A DNA stretch of 64,000 nt from Chiloscyllium plagiosum (taxonomy: Eukaryota). Positions 49,645 to 63,078 of the stretch are shown in pieces. A program made the position numbers and the translations under genes. How positions within the stretch are numbered: position 1 is the first letter of the stretch; the number at the start of each line of letters is the position of its first letter. The notes beneath the pieces are model-generated. The model saw nothing but the letters and a program-made list of their open reading frames with translations, ran no database searches and was not told where the DNA came from. The stretch is taken from NCBI RefSeq assembly GCF_004010195.1, contig NC_057718.1:49687239-49751238 (forward strand), written 5' to 3'.

Positions 49645-50887
49645 CAATTAGCATGGTTTTGTGTGAGGAAAATTGTGTCTCACAAACTTCATTGAGTTTT
49701 TTGAGCAAGTTACCAAAACGGTTGATGATGGCTGAGCAGTAGATGATCTTTATTTGGATGTTAGTACAGCCTTTGACAAGGTTCCGCAGGAAGACTAATT
49801 AGTAAAGTTAGGTCACATGAGGTTCAGGGTGAGCTTGCCAATTGGACACATAATTGGCTTAACAGCAGGCGAGAGAGAATGGTGCTGGAGGGTTGCTTTT
49901 CGGACTGGAGGCCTGTGACCAGCGGTGATCCACAGGGGGTGGTGCTCTTTTGTTTAACATTTATATAAATGTTTTGGATGAGAAGATAGAAGGCATTGTT
50001 GCTAAGTTGGGAGACTACACCAAAATTGGTGGCATAGTGGACAGTGAAGACATTTTTCTAAGATTACAAAAGGTTCTTGATCAAATGAGTCAATGGGCTG
50101 AAAAATGGCAAATGGAGTTCAATTTGGATAAATACAAGTATTACATTTTGGTACAACAAACAAGGGTAGAGCCTGTTGTAGAACAGAAGGACCTACAGAT
50201 GCAGGTACATAATTCTTTGGAGTTTGCATCGCATAAAGACAGGGGCATGCTTGCTTTCATTGCTCAGTCCTTTACGTGTAAGAGTTGGGAAGTCCTGTTG
50301 AGGTTGTACAGCAATTGGTGAAGCCTCTTCTGGAATGCTGTCTCCAGTTCTGGTTGCCCAGTTATAGGAAGGATGTTATTAAGCTGGCGAGGTAAATCTC
50401 AGAAGAAATCTACCAGAATGCTGCCAGGTATGGAAGGTCTGAGTTATAAGGAAAGGCTGGTTAGGCTGGGACTTTTTTCACTGGATTGTCGAAGGCTGAG
50501 AGGCAACTTGATAGATGTTTATAAAATAATGAGAGGTATAGATACAGTTAATGGTAGTTATCCTTTTCCCAAGAATGGGGGAATTAAGACTTGGGGGACA
50601 CATTTTTAAGGTGAGAGGTGAGAGTTTTCAAAAAGATATATGAGATGCATTTTCTTTTTACAGAGTAGGTGGCTCATATGTGGAATGAACTTCCTGAGGA
50701 GGTGATGGATGTGGGTACAATTACAACATTTAAAAGACATTTCGCTAAGTACATGAACAGAAAAGATGTGGAGGGACATGGACCAGCAGCAGACAGATGA
50801 GATTAGTTTAGTTTGGGATTATGTTCAGCATGGACTGGTTGGAATGAAAAGTCTGTTTCCATGCTGTATGACTCTGTGAGTCTATGA
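49645..50887 (+). mobile_element. CR1 LINE RT and 3' end
   Basis: AFDKVP, WAEKWQMEFNLDK, LGLFSLDCRRLRGNLI; gactctgtgagtctatgac tail. Confidence 0.9.
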
Positions 50888-51609
50888 CCTCAAATACCGC
50901 AATGTTTATAATTCAGTCCAGTTATAACAGATTTTAATTTATGTGCCTCAATGTAAATATACTTGTTAAATTGAATGGCCACACAAAAAAAAAATCAATA
51001 ATTGATTCAATTTTGAGTCATTTCCTTCACAATACCATGATCTGCTGCAGTGTCCGAATAGTCAGTTGAGGGAGCGAGTGAGAAGGGTCTCTGCCAGTAC
51101 GTTTTATTTAAGGTAAAGTTGCATTATTTTTTAAGTGATTAAAGCTGTAAATAAAGTATAACAGTGATGAGCATACCCCCTTGCTGCAGACATTGCAGGA
51201 ATGGATGACAAAGAAGATAGAAATTAAGATCTAGAAAAAAATGGGTGTTTGTGACAGGTGTTAGGTAGAAAATATAATTGAAAAACAACAGGAATACAGA
51301 AGATTCTGAAGGGAGGTGAAAAATCTATGAAAGAATTATAAGAAAAGCCAAGCAGCTGACATAAATAGGAATTGCAAAGTCTTCTCCACTTATGTGAGTC
51401 ATGGAAGACTGGTAAGAGGAGTTGGGCCAATTAGGGACCAACAATGGGATTTCCAAATGGACACCACAGGCAGGCTGATGTATTAAGTACATACTTTGCA
51501 TCTGACTTCATAAAGGAAGTTGATCCTACTCAGAGATGGTGACACAGGAGGAAATTCTATTACTCAAAAGGTTCAAAATTGATAAGGAGGAAGGTTGGGA
51601 TGGACAGTT

Positions 51610-51935
51610 GTTAGATTACATTCCCTACAGTGTAGAAACAGGTCCTTCGGCCCAACAAGTCCACTCCAACCCTCCGAAGAGCAACCCACCCGAGACCCAT
51701 TCCCCTACATTTACCCCTGATTAATGCACCTAACACAACGGGCAATTTAGCATGGCCAATTCACCTAACCTGCACATCTTTGGACTGTGGGGGGAAACCG
51801 GAGCACCCGGAGGAAACCCACGCAGACACGGGGAGAATGTGTAAACTCCACACAGACAGTTGCCCGAGGCAGGAATTGAACCCAGGTCCCTGGCATTGTG
51901 AGGCAGCAGTGCTAACCACTGAGCCACCGTTGCCA
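51610..51935 (-). mobile_element. HE1/V-SINE-like SINE
   Basis: Full reverse-complement SINE with A/B boxes. Confidence 0.9.
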
Positions 51936-54264
51936 CACTGTTACTTAAAATTGACAAGAAACCGTGAGGATAAGATCATAGGAAGAAGTACATTGGTTGG
52001 TGAATAGCTACTCATTTGACAATCTCATAGGATACTTTCAGATGAAAGGTACACGCAGGAAACATTTACAGGTTACAAATTACAAGACCACTATGATTTT
52101 AGAAAAATCAGATCAAAAACAAAGTAGGTAAAATAGAGCTGCATTGTGCTTCATTGTGACTGCATCTGCTCCAAGTGTTGGGTATTTGAGGATCTCCTGC
52201 AGGAAAAGGAAAGATTGGATCCTGTGTGTTGTTCCCTAAGCAGACTGTCAAAGTCATTTGGCAGAATGCCTCGATTGCCAGAACTTTCCAACAAGTCAAG
52301 TCTGATGAAGAATCACCTAGACTTAAAACATTAATTTGCTCTCTCTCCATGGGTGCTGCTTGACTTTTCGTGACCACCAGCATTTTTTTATTTTCAGTAC
52401 AGATTCCAGTATCCGCAGTAAATCTGCTCCTAAGAATGGCCTTTGGTTTGTTTTCCGGATAGAGTCAAACTCAAATGTTCATTTGTTTCTTCATATGCTA
52501 CTGTACAGAACTGAACTGCTTTAGTGACTATATTAATATATTTTTATGAACAAAGTACATTTTTAAAATTAAATAAAACTTGGAGTTAAGCTTTGAACAC
52601 TGCGACAAATTGGAGAGTGGAACCTGGACGCTGTGTGTCAGGAGGCATGCACACCCCTTAGATTAACTGTCTCAAATTCAGTCAGTACTCAGGGATAGGA
52701 GAGTGTGACTGTGAGTGAGGCAGGTAGGGAGATTCAGGAGGTAGTGTTGAATGAGCCTTAGCCCCTGAGCTTAACTAACAGGTTTAAGATTCATGATTCC
52801 TGTGTGGATGTGGGAAGAAAGCAGGAGAATAGCGGGTAGTCATAGTACTCATTTAGAGAGCTGGTGTACATATGATGGGCTGAATGGTCTCATTCTGTGA
52901 TTTTGTGATGTGTCATATTCTGATTCTATAATTAGCATATAATTAAAATAGTTTCACAAGTTAAACAATGAATTTGATTGTGTTTCTGTATCATGTATCT
53001 TTTAGTCATGTTCTCTACAAATCTAAGTGTACAGCAATCCTGCGGAAACGTTTTGATACACTAAACAGTAAAGAAATCATTAAGTTTCTCAATGATAGGT
53101 GAAAGATTAGTGAACTCTGACCATTCTTCTTATACAGTATCATTTTTATGTTACATTTTAACTTGTTGACATGTTGCTTTGTTGCTGGAGTAGAATCTGA
53201 TTAATATCGAAAGCTGCAGTCTTCAGAGGTATAAATCTAATACATAATTCAGAGAACGTGTAACATACTTGCAGGTAAAGAAGGGTGTCTTTTAAATTTG
53301 CATCCCACATTTAGAGCGAGTTTTACCAGGTGGATTGTGACATTCACAATTTTGGATTAAATCTGATAAAACAGAGGACAATGAAAAAGGGAGTGATGAT
53401 TTAGACTGAGATCGACAGATATATGCTTATTAGAAAAGAAGTGCAGAATACAGATAAGAAAAATGAAGTACTGTGGGGATTGAAAGTTTTGACAGCATTT
53501 GAAAGTAAAAAGGTAGCAGACATATTGGCAGTTTCATGTTAATACAAACAGCCACACAAAAAGTTGGCATATTTCATCTGTCAGATCAGGTAGTCTCCTA
53601 ATATAAAGTATGTAAATCAATCTTGAGGTCATCTTTTAGCATTTGAAGTATATATCATGTATAGTTCCTAACTGCTTAAAGACATTTTAGAAGTTGAACC
53701 TGCTAGAAACTTTATCAATTTATGCTTCAATCTTTTCAAAGTCCTAAGTTAGGTAACATTGCTGATAATTTCCTGACATTAAAAAGTATTCACAGTCTCA
53801 GAGCAGCATGTAGAATTCACAGTTTAGAAAGAAGCCATTCACTCTTTAACAAATATTACGCTATACACAAGCCTCCTTTCATCCCACTTTATCTGAATTT
53901 ATCAGCATATCCTGTTGCTGCTTTCTTCTTCATGTGCTTATCTAACTTTCCCCTTGAAAGCACCAATGCTATTTACCTCAACTACTCAATGTATCTTTAC
54001 GTTCCATATTGTAACCATTCTTTGGGAAAATAACTTTTACCTGAACACCCATTTGATTTATTAATGGCTTTCTTATATTTGTATAAACTAGCTTTGGTCT
54101 TCCCCACATGTGGAGGTATCTGTTCCATGTCCACCCAATTGATCACCATAATTTTAAAAATGTCTATCAAGAAACTACCTAGCCTTTTTTTCCTAGATCT
54201 CTGCTTTAACTCTCAGCCTAATTGACCAGGTGCATAGGTCACAATGGACAAGCTTGTCTCACTT

Positions 54265-54596
54265 AGTTATTAGAATAACTTACAGTGTGGAAACAGGACC
54301 AACAAGTCCACATCGACCCTCCAAAGAGTATCCCATCCAGACCCATTCCCCTACATTTACCCCTGACTCATGCACCTCACCTACACATCCCTGAACACTA
54401 TGGGTAATTTGGCATGACCAATTCATCTAACCTGCACATGTATGGACTGTGGGAGGAAACTGGAGCACCCGGAGGAAACCCACGCAGACACGGGGAGAAT
54501 GCCTGTATGGAGTTTACACAGTCAGCCGAGGCTGGAATTGAACCTGGCTCCCTGGTGCTGTGAGGCAGTAGTGCTAACCACTGAGCCACCCTGCCA
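54265..54596 (-). mobile_element. HE1/V-SINE-like SINE
   Basis: Reverse-complement SINE head gtggctcagtggttagcactactgcctcacag. Confidence 0.85.
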
Positions 54597-54609
54597 CTAT
54601 GCCATCATG

Positions 54610-55060
54610 GAGTAAATAACAGAGAAGTTAGATAGCTGGGATCTTTGTCCCTGAAGAGTCGGTGGCTGAGGAGTGACCTTATAGATGTTTATAAAATCAT
54701 GACAGCATACATACGGTGAGTAGCCAAGTTCTTTTTCCAAGAGTACGGGAATATAAAACTAGAGGGCATAGGTTTAAGGTGAGAGGGGAAAGATTTAAAA
54801 CAGACCTGACAGCAACATTTTCACACAGAGGGTGGTGCATGTATGGAATGGGCTGCCAGAGGAAGTGATAGAGGTGGGTAGATTGCAACATTTAAAAGAC
54901 ATTTGGATGGGTACATGAAAAAGAAAGGTTTAGAGGGATGTGGGCTAAACACAGGCAAATGGGACTAGTTGGGTTTTGGAGATCTGGTTGGCATGGACAA
55001 GTTGGACCAAAGAGTTTGTTTCCGTGCTGTATAACTTTATGATTCAATGACTCTATAACT
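54610..55060 (+). mobile_element. CR1 LINE 3' end
   Basis: LRSDLIDVYKIM, TRGHRFKVRG, FTQRVVHVWNGLP. Confidence 0.85.
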
Positions 55061-56870
55061 GTACATTACACTTACTTATGTGATAAATAATTGATACAAT
55101 ATCCAGAAAAGCTCTTCCCAACAACTCTAAGATAAGTAATAAAAAATCATATCTGCAAAGTTAAAAGCAACTTCCAGCTCTATGAACCTGGTCAATTAGA
55201 TCATAGCTGAGCTGTGTCTGAATTCTATTGATCCATTTTTGTTCCAAATTGCCTTTTCCATGTCTAACATAACAAAAATCTACCAGTCTCAGTTTTGAAA
55301 ATTCCAATTGTTTCATCAGCCACAATATTTGGAAGAACAAGTTCGAGCCAGCACACATGGGCAAAATGTCTCGCTTACTTTCAGTTCAAAACTGAACACT
55401 CAAACATGCCCTTTAGACTGCTTTGTTCTAAATTCCCAGATTAAATAAAATAGGTCCTCTGGGGTTTATGTTGTACTGATTTCTGAATGTCAAATGCATT
55501 AAGTTAGCAGTGGAGCGGCGTATGCCCAATCTATTTTACTGGGTCCAAGGGTGGAAATTACTGAAGAGGGCAATATTTATTAACAGTTCCTGCTTGGCCT
55601 GTAAAGCGAATTGTGAGCTGCCTTCTTGAATCGTTGCAGTCTGGGGAGTGAATTCCTATGCTAATGTTAGCTAGAACATTTCCAGGATGTTGTCCCCGTG
55701 ATGACAAAGCAATAATGATGTATCTAGTTAGTACAATGCGTGACTTGGAAGGAACTTGGAGGTGATGGAGTTCCTATACAAATACTGTTCTAGTACATCA
55801 AAGTAATGGAGACTATCCATTACTATTCTGTAGACAGTCACTTCTAAAACAAGAATATAGAAAAGGTCCAATGGTGAACACCATAGAGACAAGAAAGAGA
55901 TGCTGTCAAAATTCAAAAATGCGGTCGAGCATATATTGTATAATTTCAGTGATGCAAAATAATTGAAGGCTTTGAGGCATAAATACTTGCCTCAGCATCT
56001 TTGTACAAAATGTGTTAAAGTCAGCATTTGACATATGAATAATAGAACTGATTTTTTAATCACTGATGGAATTGCAAATGCAGTGCACCAGTAAGATAAT
56101 GCTCCTGAAGCCTTATTGTGAATAATGTACAAAACCAAATTTTACGCATGACCTTGGTGCACAGAAATGAAAATAAAAGTACCATCATAAGTTTTAAGAA
56201 AAAGTTTTACTTTGTAAATTGTAATGAACCTGCCAAATTTTGGTATTCTAGGAAAAATAATTACTGAATTTGTGCTGTGCCAGATAAAATTTGTTTATAG
56301 TTCTAAAAGCCTGTGTTATGAAAAAAAACACTTGTCATCAAACAGACACACTGCTATTTCTCTAAAGGATTATGCAGATTGAAGAAGTCTTCAAAACTGC
56401 TTCTCAAAACTCTGTTTCCTTAGAGTTAAATATGTATGATATCGCTTCCAAGCCAGAAACTCATTCAGCTGATGCTGTCAGAAAAACATGACCAGGAGCA
56501 TTAAAGTGTAACACAAAATAAATTCATTATAAAGTACAATCCAATTGGTTTATTATCACACATGTGCTTGTGTTGTGAATTCTATGATGTAATGTGACTC
56601 AAGGTTTTACTATCATTTTGATCATAACTTCAATCCAACACTGGTAGTCACCCTCACAACAGACAATACCCAAACTTTCCTTTATTTATATGGGGATCAC
56701 ATTTTAAGCAATTATATAGAATTACCCCAAAACAGATTATTTAACCCAACTGGTCCATCCCAATGTTTCTGCATCATATCAGCCTCCTCCCATTGCTATT
56801 TATATAATCATTTGTATATCTATCCAGCTGCCTTTAAATGTTGCAACTGTACAAGTCTCCACCACATCCA

Positions 56871-57348
56871 CAAAAAGATTTACAAGGATATTGCCAGGGT
56901 TGGAGGATTTGAGCAATAGAGAGAGGCTGAATAGGCTAGGGCTGTTTTCCCTGGAGCGTCGGAGGCTGAGGGGTGACTTCATAGAGGTTTATAAAATCAT
57001 GAGGGGCACAGATAAGATAAATAGACAAAGTCTTTTCCCTGAGGTGAGGGAGTCCAGAACTAGAGGGCATAGGTTTAGGGTAAGAGGGCAGAGGTATAAA
57101 AGAGACCTAACTGGCAACTTTTTCACTCAGAGGATGGTACGTGTATGGAACGAGCTGCCAGAGGAAGTGGTAGAGGCTGGTACAATTGCAACATTTAAAA
57201 GGCATCTGGATGGGTATGTGAATAGGAAGGATTTGGAGGGATTATGGGCCAGGTGCTGGCAGGTGGGACTAGATTGGGTTGGGATATATGGTTGGCATGG
57301 ACGAGTTGGACTGAAGCATCTGTTTCCGTGCTGTACACCTCAATGACT
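56871..57348 (+). mobile_element. CR1 3'-terminal segment, inverted relative to the adjacent body
   Basis: ORF 56891-57346: LGLFSLERRRLRGDFIEVYKIM...FFTQRMVRVWNELP. Confidence 0.9.
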
Positions 57349-57349
57349 A

Positions 57350-60300
57350 AGTTTCACAACATCCTTCCAATAGGAAGGAGACCAGAATTGCATGCAGGAT
57401 TTCAAAAGTGGCCTAACCAACGTCCTGTACAGCCACATAGCCTCCCAATTCCTTTACTCAATGCTCTGAACAATAAAGGAAAGCATACCAAACGCCTTCT
57501 TCACTATCCTATCTACCTGTGATTCTACTTTCAAGGAGCTATGAACCTGCACTCCAAGGTCTGTTTGTTCAGCAACACCCCCTAGGACCTTACCATTAGG
57601 TGTATAAATCCTGCTAAGATTTGCTTTCCTAAATGCAGCACCTCGCGTTTATCTAAATTAAACTCCATCTGCCACTCCTCAACCCACTGGCTCATCTGAT
57701 CAAGATCCCGGTTAATCCGAGGTAACATTCTTCGCTGTCCACTAAACCTCCAATTTTGGTGTCATCTGCAAACTTACTAACTGTATCTCTTATACTCACA
57801 TCCAAATCATTTATATAAATGATGAAAAGTAGAGGGCCCAGCACCAATCCTTGTGGCACTCCACTGGTCACAGGCCTCCAGTCTGAAAAACAACCCTCCA
57901 CTACCACCCTCTGTCTTCTACCTTTGAGCCAGTTCTGTATCCAAATGGCTAGTTCTCCCTGTATCCCATGAGATCTAACCTTGCTAATCAGTCTCCCATG
58001 GGGAACCTTGTCGAATGCCTTACTGAAGTCCATATAGATCACATCTACTGCTTTGTCCTCATCAATCTTCTTTGTTACTTTTTCAAAAACTCAATCAAGT
58101 TCGTGAGACATAATTTAGCCATGTTGACTATCCCTAATCAATCCTTGCCTTTCCAAATGTAAATCCTGTCCCTCAGGATTCCCTCCAACAACTTGTCCAC
58201 TGCCGATATCAAGCTCAATGGACGATAGTTCCCTGGCTTGTCCTCACCACCTTTCTTAAATAATGGTACCATGTTAGCCAACCTCCAGTTTTCTAGCACC
58301 TCACCTGTGACTATCGATGATACAAATATCTCAGCAAGAGCCCAGCAATCACTTCCCTGGCTTCCCACAGAGTTCTGGGGTACACCTGATCAGGTCCTGG
58401 GGATTTATCCATTTGCATTAGTTTCAAGACATCCAGCACTTCCTCCTCTGTAATATGGACATTTTTCAAGATGTCACCATCTATTTCCCTACAGTCTATA
58501 TCTTCATAACCTTCTCCACAGCAAATACTGAGGCAAAATACTCGTTTAGTATCTCCCCCCCATCTCCTGTGACTCCAAAGGCTATCTTGCTGAGCTTTGA
58601 GGGGCCCTATTCACTCCCACGTTATCCTTTTGTCCTTAATGTATTTGTAAATACCCTTTGGATTCTCCTTAACCTTGTTTTCCAAAGCTACCTCATGTCT
58701 CCGTTTTGCCCTCCTGATTTCCTTCTTAAGTATACTCTTACTGCTTTTGTACTCTAAGGATTCACTCAATCTCTCCTATCTGTACCTGACATATGCCTCC
58801 TTCTTTTTCTTAAACAAACCCTTAACTTCTCTAGTCATTCAGCATTCCCTACACCTATTCGCCTTTCCTTTCACCCTAACAGGAATATACTGTCTCTGGA
58901 CTCATTTCTGAAGGCGTCCCATTATCCAGCCGTCTCTTTACTTACGAACATCTGAACCCAATCAGCTTTTGAAAGTTCTTGCCTAATACCGTCAAAATTA
59001 GCCTTCCTCCAATTTAGAACTTCAATTGTTAGGTCAGGTCTATCCTTTTCCATCACTATTTTAAAATTAATAGAATTATGGTCGCTGGCCCCAAAGTGCT
59101 CCCCCACTGACACCTGCCCTGCCTTATTTCCTGAGAGTCAGTCAAGTTTTACACCTTCTCTGGTAGGTACATCCACATACTGACTCAGAAGATTTTCTTG
59201 TACGTTCTTAACAAATGCCTCTCCACTTAAACACTTAACACTATGGCAGTCCCAGTCTATGTTTGGAAGGTTAAAATCCCCTACCAAACCACACTATTAT
59301 AACTGAAATCTCCTTACAAACTTGTTTCTCAATTTCCCGTTGATTATTAGGGGTCTATAATACAATCCCAATAAGGTGATCATCCTATTCTTATTTCTCA
59401 GTTCCACCCAAATAACTTCCCTGGATGTATTTCTGGGAATATCCTCCTGAAGTACAGCTGTAATGCTATTCCTTATTAAAAACGTCACTCTCCCTCCTCT
59501 CTAGTCTCCCTATTGTTTCTATAGCATTTGTATCATGGAACATTAAGCTGCAGGTCCTGTTCATCCCTGAGCCAGGCTGCTGTAATTGCGATGGTATCCC
59601 AGTCTCATGTTCCTAACCATGCCCTGAGATCATTTGCCTTCCCTGTTAGGTCTCTTGCACTCAAATAAATGCAGTTTAATTTATCAGTCCTACCTTGTTC
59701 TCTGCTTTGTCCCGGCCTGCCCTGACTGTTCGACTCGCTTCTATTCTCAACTGTACCAGTCTCAAATTGATCTCTTTCCTCAGTATCTCGTTGAGTTCCA
59801 CACCCCTCATTACTAGTTTAAATCCTCCCAAGTAGCTCTAGACAATCTCCCCGCCAGTATATTAGTCCCCTTCCAATTCAGGTGCAATCCATCCTTCTTG
59901 TATAGGTCACTTCTCCCCAGAAGAGATTCTAATGATCCAAAAATGTGAATCCTTCTCCCATTCACCAGTTCTTCAGCCACACATTCATTTGCTCTATCCT
60001 CCTATTCCTACCCTCACTAGCTCGTAGCACCGGGAGTAATTCAGATATTACTACCCTTGAGGACTTCCTTTTTAAATTCCTGCCTAATTTTCTACATTCT
60101 TCCTTCAGAATCTCATCCTCTTCCCTTCCAAAGTCATTGGTACCAATGTGTACAATGACCTCCTGCTGGGCCCTCTCCCCTTTGAGAACATTCTGCACCC
60201 TCTCTGAGACATTCTTGATCCTGGCACCAGGGAGGCAACACACTATTCTGATTTTTCGCTGCTGGCCGCAGATACGTCTGTCTGTGCCCCTGACTAGAGA

Positions 60301-61465
60301 GTCCCCTAACAATTGATCACTTGGAACCCGATGTACCCCTCATTACATCAGAGCCAGTCTTGATACCAGCAACATGGCTATTTCTGCTATATTCCCCTGA
60401 AAGTGCATCACCCCCTACATTTTACAAAACAGCATACTTGTTTGAAATGGGGATAGCCACAGAAGACTCCTGTTCTACCCACCTATCTCTCTTACCTTTC
60501 TCGGAGTAAACCCATCTGCCTGACTGCATCTGCGGCTTTTCTCCCTTCCAAATTCTCTATCCAGCACACACCATAGCTCTTGTAAATTCTTCATTGCCTC
60601 TGTCACTCCAACTGATCCATTCAATATGGCAGGATACACAACCTACATTTATTGCAGATATAATCCTCAGTAATATGTAAATTCTCCCTAAACTCCCATA
60701 TCCGACAAGAAGAGCATATCACTCTACTAAGGGCCATTTTGCTCCTTCCAAAATACAGTCCCAGAAAATAGCCTCATCTTATTGCTCTACAAAACACTGC
60801 TCCAGGCTAATTTAGTACATACGGCTTATATTTTTTTTAAATTTAATCAAGAGACAGATCTCAATAAAGACATTTAATCAAGAAAGAACCCACTCTACTC
60901 ACTATTGTAGATTTACAGCAAGGCTATATTTGAAACTATTTACTTCTCTGTTTCTGTGCTGTAACCTCTCCCAAACAGGTTCCTCCAAGATCAGTTGTGA
61001 ATTTCACTGTTTATTAATTTTCCCAGACACACTCTGATGTCCAGCGACATATGAATTCAAACAGCAAAGGCAGTAACTGCACAAATTCACTGCCGTGTCA
61101 GTTAGCAGTGTGGGTTTCTTTCTCTCTCTCCCTTAGAGACCATGTGCTTGCTGCCTTTGTTGTCTTTCTCCCTTTTAAAACTGCTGTTGAATTTAAACAG
61201 CAAAGGCTGCGTCAGTTTCTTTCTCTCTCTGTCTCCTGCACTGACCTCACCATGTGCTTCCTTTATCTGTTCTTCTTCTCCCTTTTAAAACTGCTGTTGT
61301 TTTGACATTTTTTTCCCCCAAAGTTCCAAAACAATGCAACAGCATATAAAACAGTAATTGCTGCTCCTGGAATTCGAGGAAATCACCTCCAACAACTGAA
61401 AGAACCTCAAAAAACAAACATCCTGCTACAGACAGAAATTTTTCCTGTCCTCCATCTTGGATGAC
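57350..61465 (-). mobile_element. Near full-length CR1 LINE (5' UTR, ORF1, APE, RT), disrupted
   Basis: [55 protein letters not shown]1 upstream. Confidence 0.92.
59813..60737 (-). pseudogene. CR1 ORF1 (N-terminal Cys zinc finger plus SGNH/GDSL esterase)
   Basis: MALSRVICSSC...YICNKC; GDSLVRG, CCLPGARI, VHIGTND, DGLHLN. Confidence 0.85.
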
Positions 61466-62004
61466 CTTTAAACGAAAACATTTACTTTTGTAATTCGACA
61501 TGTTAGTTTCAAACAGAAATAACCCAAAATGATTATGAATCATTTATCAGGTTTTTAAATGTTTTGAAAGATTCCTCGTTCTTTAATCAATCATTTATCT
61601 GATTTATTTCCCCTCCAATTTCTCAATGCTTGGAAGGAAACAGACCAAAAGCAATTACAAATTTATCTAACTGAAATAGCTGACCGAATCAGTAATCCAC
61701 AGTCTCAAGAGATTATAAACAGAAAAGGCTTGGCAATGCTCAAATGTAATATAAATTCAGTTATTCTAGGCTGTTTGGGTAAAACATAAATATAGCAAAA
61801 TTAGGTCACATTATGCCCATTCCTCTGACGTTGCAGGAGCTGTTTTGATTCCAAGACGGGCATGTGCATATACCTTTTGGAATTGCAAACACCTTGCATA
61901 GTTGAACAACACAAAGTACATTTAATATGTTTCATGTTCTCTTGGCAGAGAGAAGCATGTGGAATTAATATTTGACTACACAAGGGGGATAGGCTTTCCA
62001 TGAT

Positions 62005-63078
62005 ACAATAGACATACAGTTATACAGAATAGAAACAGACCCTGCAATTCAACTCATCCATGCCAACCAGGTTTCACAAACCGAACAAGTCTAATTTGTC
62101 TGTATTTGATACACATTTGACTTTCTAAACTTTTGCTATCCATGTACCTGTCCAAATGCCTTTTAAATGTTGCAATTGTATCTGCCTCTACCACTTCCTC
62201 TAGCAGCTCATTCCCTACATGAACAACCCTCTGTGTGAAAATGTTGCCCCTCAGGTCCCTTTTAAATCTTTCCCCTCTCATCTTAAATCTAGGCCGTAGT
62301 TTGGGACTCAATTACCCTGGCTATTCACCTTATCTATGTCCCACATGATTTTATAAACCTCTATAGGGACACCCCTCAGTCATCAAGGCTCCAGGGAAAA
62401 CAAGTCCCAGCTGATCCAACCTCTACCTATAACTCAAACCCTTCATTCTAGCAACATCCTTGTAATTTGTTTCTGTACCCTTTCAAGTTTAACAACAAAC
62501 TTCCCAGAATTATATGTGGTATTCCAAAAGTAGTCTCAACAATGTCTTGTACAGCCGCAATATGATGTCTCAACTCCAACACTCAATGCTCCTACCAATG
62601 AAGGAGGAGTTGAGAGGGTAGTGCTGGAAAAGGACAGCAGGTCAGGCAGCATCCGAGGAGCAGGAGAATTGAAGGGCTTATACCTGAAACATTGTATCTG
62701 CTCCTCAGTTGCTGCCTTTGCATTTCCACCACCACACCCTCGACTCTTACCAATGAAGGCAAGCATGCCATAGGTTTGCTTCACCACCCTGTCTATCTGT
62801 GACTCCACTTTCAAGGAGCTCTGAACCTGCACTCTTAGGTCCCTCTGTTCAACAACATTCCCCAGCGTCCTACCATTAGCTGTGAGTCCTGCCCTGATTT
62901 GCCTTACCAAAATGCAACACCTTCACATTTATCTCAATTAAATCCCATCTGCTACTTCTCAAACTATTGGCCCACCTGATCAAGATCCTGTTGTACACTT
63001 TGATAATCTTCTTCACAGTCCACTATATCACCGATTTTGGTGTCGTTTGCAAACTTACTAACGACACTTCCTATATTA
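62005..63078 (-). mobile_element. CR1 LINE 3' part with a nested mini-element
   Basis: SKFANDTKI, QRDLRVQVQSSLKV, FTQRVVHVGNELL. Confidence 0.88.
62605..62747. mobile_element. Hairpin PLE-pLTR-derived mini-element
   Basis: Inverted arms around a truncated tgaagggcttatacctgaaac core; TSD taccaatgaagg at 62593-62604 and 62748-62759. Confidence 0.75.
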
